A DNA stretch of 64,000 nucleotides, taken from a virus. The notes under the pieces are model-generated. The model was not told where the DNA came from, did not search any database, and saw only the letters and a program-made list of their open reading frames with translations. The position numbers were made by a program, and so were the translations under genes. The stretch lies in the IMG/VR virus record IMGVR_UViG_3300028146_000010, positions 1 to 64,000 of that record, one strand, 5' to 3'. Below, one piece after another: positions 60,861-64,000 of this stretch. Positions within the stretch are counted from its first letter, which is position 1; the number at the start of each line of letters is the position of its first letter.

Positions 60861-61305
60861 AGGCGTGAAATTGCTCGCGATGATCAATCAATCTCCCTGG
60901 AATGAGCTTATCTTGCGCTCTGGGGAGCGCATTGAGTCGGGCGGCAACGTCATTAAGCACCGGGGCTTGATCCTTTTGTACACAAGTAAGTCTCGAATGG
61001 ACAGTTACGGTGCGGACGAGTTGGGCGGCTACAATGAAGACGCTCTGGCAATGAAGAATCTGCGCAACGTTGAACTCGACCCGCCGCGTGGAGTTATTGT
61101 TGGTGCTGCTATCTTGAAAAACTGTCAGGGTGAGCGGGGCGAAGTCGAATACGACATTAAAGGTGCGCGCCGGTTCCCTAAGCCCGTGGCTATTGTCAAT
61201 CGCGGCCCCGTGCGTTGGTTTTCCATAAAAGTTAACGAAGCACTTGAAAGCCAGCTCCGCGCTGTTGGAATGTGGCGTGAAGCGACCAAGGCGAATAGGG
61301 TTTAA
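60844..61305 (+). CDS. ASCH-domain-like protein (IS cargo)
   Basis: INQSPWNELILRSGERIE, HRGLILLYTSK, PRGVIVGAAILKNC, FPKPV. Confidence 0.65.
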   Translation: MRNKSRGVKLLAMINQSPWNELILRSGERIESGGNVIKHRGLILLYTSKSRMDSYGADELGGYNEDALAMKNLRNVELDPPRGVIVGAAILKNCQGERGEVEYDIKGARRFPKPVAIVNRGPVRWFSIKVNEALESQLRAVGMWREATKANRV

Positions 61306-61674
61306 GTAAATAGCCGATGAGCCAACAGGACTACAACGAACATTACGACGCGACCGCCGCAAAGGGTTTGTGTTGGGAAGGCGACGGGAATCCGCAATTC
61401 GTTCAAGACGTGCTCTTGCCCAACGGCGAACGAATGAAGGTCGAATCGCTGTGGTGCGTGGACTGTAAAGTCCGGCAAGGTGAAATTGTTGAGGCTGGTA
61501 GTTCATTGCTATGCTAGGGAGTCAAGTATATAATTCCCAAACGGATGGCCCGACGGCTATCAGATTCTCTGCTACAACTGTAATAACGCAAAAGGCACGA
61601 AAAGTCACTGTCCGCATCTTGACGCTGTCAATTTATTAACCGGCTTGACGGCATAACACACTAAAGGAGAATCA

Positions 61675-61896
61675 ATGGGAAAGAAACGACTAACACCTAA
61701 CCAACAACTCATGGCATTCGGCGCAACGGCCGACCGTGAGGCGCTGAGTACGGCCATTGAATCGTTGCGGGCTATTTTCGATGCACGGTTCGCGGCGACA
61801 ACGATAAGACCACCGCGTAGGAAGCGGGCCGACGCTGGCACCAAGCGGGGCGAGGGGAAGGCGAATGGTGAGGCGAGCAGCGTGGAGGCGGCGTGA
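61675..61896 (+). CDS. hypothetical protein with RRKRADAGTKR basic motif
   Basis: RBS AAGGAG. Confidence 0.65.
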   Translation: MGKKRLTPNQQLMAFGATADREALSTAIESLRAIFDARFAATTIRPPRRKRADAGTKRGEGKANGEASSVEAA

Positions 61897-62042
61897 TGGC
61901 TGACGGGTTGTATCGCGTGACCACCAGCTTTCTGTGCGCCGGATTCGTCATTGAATGTGGCATCGTGACCATGTGTGCGCCAATTCTACGAGTCAGCAAA
62001 CTCAAATACTGGATTTCTATCGCTGTCTGGATTGCGCCATGA
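61896..62042 (+). CDS. 48-aa phage protein
   Basis: MADGLYRVTTSFLCAGFVIECGIVTMCAPILR; TGATG coupling. Confidence 0.55.
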   Translation: MADGLYRVTTSFLCAGFVIECGIVTMCAPILRVSKLKYWISIAVWIAP

Positions 62043-62110
62043 CGCAGCAAAAAGACCGCCAACCCTGACGGCCTTCCCACTGCTTAAAATGATGGGATTC
62101 GTGACGGCGG

Positions 62111-62412
62111 CTAAGCAGGTGGTTCCGCTGGCGTACCTGCCGCTACGGCATCTGCAAGCTTCTGATCTTCAGCACCCAAAGAATCACTCAGTGCTTTCAG
62201 CTTCACCGGGTCGGTGCCTGCTTCATCCAGTTTTGTTTTGAGTCCCTGAATCAGCGTGATTGCCGATTCGATTACGTCGCTATTGGCGGCGACTTTAGTT
62301 TCCTTTCAATTCTAACAAACCAGTTACTTAGGTGTTCAAGGATTGGTTCGACCACCAGCCTCGTGGCTATAGGCCGAAACCAACGGTGGAAAAATGGTTC
62401 CTTTAGGCTCAC
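62111..62412 (-). pseudogene. frameshifted small coiled-coil protein
   Basis: Frame 1 MSLKEPFF...RIERKL; -1 frame KVAANSDVIESAITLIQGLKTKLDEAGTDPVKLKALSDSL...TPAEPPA. Confidence 0.6.
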
Positions 62413-62600
62413 TAATCCTCTGTGTCGGGTTTTTGGGTTAAGTCTCGCACCTGAACAAACTTCATTGATTCGATGAACTTATCAACCGCACGTTTGCACG
62501 ATGAACGGTTGGCATAAGCCTCGCCAGAATCAGCAACGATCTTCTTGATCTTCGCTCGCCAACGGATGCCGTCTTTTGCTTTGTAGATTTCAATCACCAT
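62412..62600 (-). CDS. DUF1508/YegP-like protein
   Basis: IEIYKAKDGIRWR...IVADSGEAYANRSSCKRAV. Confidence 0.75.
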   Translation of the reverse strand: MVIEIYKAKDGIRWRAKIKKIVADSGEAYANRSSCKRAVDKFIESMKFVQVRDLTQKPDTED

Positions 62601-62928
62601 TGGGTTCTATGCCTCGTTCCTTTCCTTTGTCAGCGTCGTATGTCACTTTGGCAAATGGCGTGAGATTAACTTCAACCGTCTGATCACCATCCCAGAAGCG
62701 CATGATGTATTCGCGCGCGTCATACTCGCCTCGAACGAGAAATTCAAAGGTTGTGGATTGTTCACCCGCCATTTTCAATTAACGCTACTTCTAAATTCGG
62801 GGAAATACTGTATTCATAGCCGGTTGGCTGAACGGCGGTAATACTCCCATCGGCCTCTTTTTGCCATAAAATATCGGCTATGCCAACTATGACAAATTGG
62901 GTGCCGGGTTCTATTTGTGAGAAGGTCA

Positions 62929-63408
62929 TTAGAACTTGCTCGCCGCAAACACCGTCTCAACCGCTGATGGACTGGTCATACGCTGAACCATCGCTTGCTC
63001 GGGTGTTGACGCCGACGCCATGAGCGTTGCCGGAACTTGCGGGACCAGCAGAGTTGCAATAGTCCGCGCCGCCACACTTGCCACTGCGAAGATGATCTTC
63101 AGCGAGGGATTTCCGCTCAATCCGACGTCGTTGGCAATCTGACTGATGAACCCTACAAGGTTTTGGAATATTGCATAGGCGCTGCTAAATTTCCCCGCCT
63201 TATACGCAGCCAGAAACTCGTTAGCTACCGTCACGGCTTTGGCAATCGTGGCCGCTGAACCGGGTAGCAAAGGGCTTAGCTCACTGAGAGCGCCCGTGAT
63301 CGTGCTTACCCAGAAGGCGATGTCTTTGACCTTGCAACTGACTTGCGTGGCGACCAGCACGCCAAGACCAGCGCCCCCGGTCAGTTTCATCATGCTTCGT
63401 CTGTTCAT
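62929..63408 (-). CDS. putative Tat-exported lipoprotein
   Basis: MNRRSMMK twin-arginine, hydrophobic stretch, QVSC lipobox-like Cys. Confidence 0.6.
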   Translation of the reverse strand: MNRRSMMKLTGGAGLGVLVATQVSCKVKDIAFWVSTITGALSELSPLLPGSAATIAKAVTVANEFLAAYKAGKFSSAYAIFQNLVGFISQIANDVGLSGNPSLKIIFAVASVAARTIATLLVPQVPATLMASASTPEQAMVQRMTSPSAVETVFAASKF

Positions 63409-63635
63409 ATTGTCCTTTCGTGCGAGGGAAAGAGGTTTTTGAACCGGCAGATTAGATTAGGAATCCACGATCCACCATAGGCCGGAATCGTCACCATGAG
63501 TTCGCCGTCTAACCTAAGATTCAGCTTCTTGCAGATAACGTCCGCATCTTCCCAGTCAACGGCAAAGAAAGTTAGATTCCACCATGAGCCGTTGTGGTAA
63601 TAGGAGGCGAGAAACTTTGTTTTGGCTTCAGGCAA
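63405..63635 (-). CDS. hypothetical protein
   Basis: 76 aa, coupled. Confidence 0.6.
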   Translation of the reverse strand: MPEAKTKFLASYYHNGSWWNLTFFAVDWEDADVICKKLNLRLDGELMVTIPAYGGSWIPNLICRFKNLFPSHERTI

Positions 63636-63906
63636 ATAGAACCCTTTCAGTTAATTGAAGTGCGCGGCTGTTATCCAAACTTAGATCGTGCGACCAGAAA
63701 GTTTGTTTAGGGGCAGGCAAGCAAGCGCAAGGCATCGCGCCGTATCCCCATCCGCAAGCCGGACATGAGACGTTCGCGCCGCAATCACATAGCTTAATCA
63801 TGTTGCAGGGTTCAGAAGTTCCTCGCCGCAGAAACGCATTGAACTTGCCGTATTCAGGGTGATAACAAAGCGGGCCATCACTCAGATATGCTTTACCGAC
63901 AGGCAT
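63628..63906 (-). CDS. Cys-rich hypothetical protein
   Basis: 92 aa. Confidence 0.5.
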   Translation of the reverse strand: MPVGKAYLSDGPLCYHPEYGKFNAFLRRGTSEPCNMIKLCDCGANVSCPACGWGYGAMPCACLPAPKQTFWSHDLSLDNSRALQLTERVLFA

Positions 63907-64000
63907 TCAGCAAGACTCCTTTGGTGGCAGACTGTACCCAGCGAGGCAGTGTGTGAACATGCGGGAAGTATTCTATACCGTTGAGGGAGAGAGCACAAGA

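Larger units (their letters stand above)
60262..61538 (+). mobile_element. truncated IS1595-family element with passenger genes
   Basis: 60262..60426 encodes YHHASPKHLSRYVDEFTFRLN...KRITYEELT (transposase C-terminus); right end GGGAGTCAAGTATATAATTCCC at 61517-61538; left end absent. Confidence 0.85.
59807..61656 (+). pseudogene. HNH endonuclease split by an IS1595 remnant
   Basis: 5' half CACCGES...LCLDHINGGG ends near 60261; 3' half NGWPDGYQILCYNCNNAKG..CPH resumes at 61540; paralogous to 12616..13452; start codon uncertain. Confidence 0.85.

Noticed and set aside
60211-61506. 431-aa minus-strand ORF
   Set aside because: Antisense shadow of the IS fragment and its plus-strand cargo genes; no protein-like motifs.
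59369-62377. GGCTATAGGCCGA present at about 59369 and 62365
   Set aside because: Single 13-mer match in unrelated contexts; plausible by chance among all pairs in 64 kb.
1-64000. Genome-wide TAG recoding suggested by in-frame TAG junctions
   Set aside because: TAG ends several genes whose neighbours start out of frame (1575, 10618, 20244, 25152) and long ORFs are intact under the standard code.

Overview
The window is most of the genome of a tailed dsDNA phage with podovirus-like architecture; no integrase, DNA polymerase, primase or CRISPR array is visible. A minus-strand arm (42.7 kb to 1) carries terS, a block of small early-type genes, large ejection proteins (one of about 2,360 aa with transglycosylase, ParB-like and ART-like domains), terL, portal, scaffold, major capsid, adaptor/nozzle/fibre genes and, at the left edge, a Ser/Thr-rich virion protein followed by a glycosyltransferase and a sugar acetyltransferase. 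A mainly plus-strand arm (42.9-62.0 kb) carries many small genes, an AAA helicase next to an iteron-like origin, a Sak4/SSB/Cas4-like/ERCC4 recombination module, a roughly 670-nt highly structured non-coding region with a tRNA-like element, and an HNH gene broken by an IS1595 remnant with cargo. The strongest leads are (i) the structured ncRNA cluster at 58.8-59.5 kb, (ii) two covarying copies of a boxA-like/hairpin/terminator RNA element placed before the capsid operon and before the glycosylation cassette, (iii) a candidate virion glycosylation system, and (iv) a nozzle gene split by an in-frame amber codon and a lectin-like insert. All product calls are from motif recognition by eye; no searches were run.
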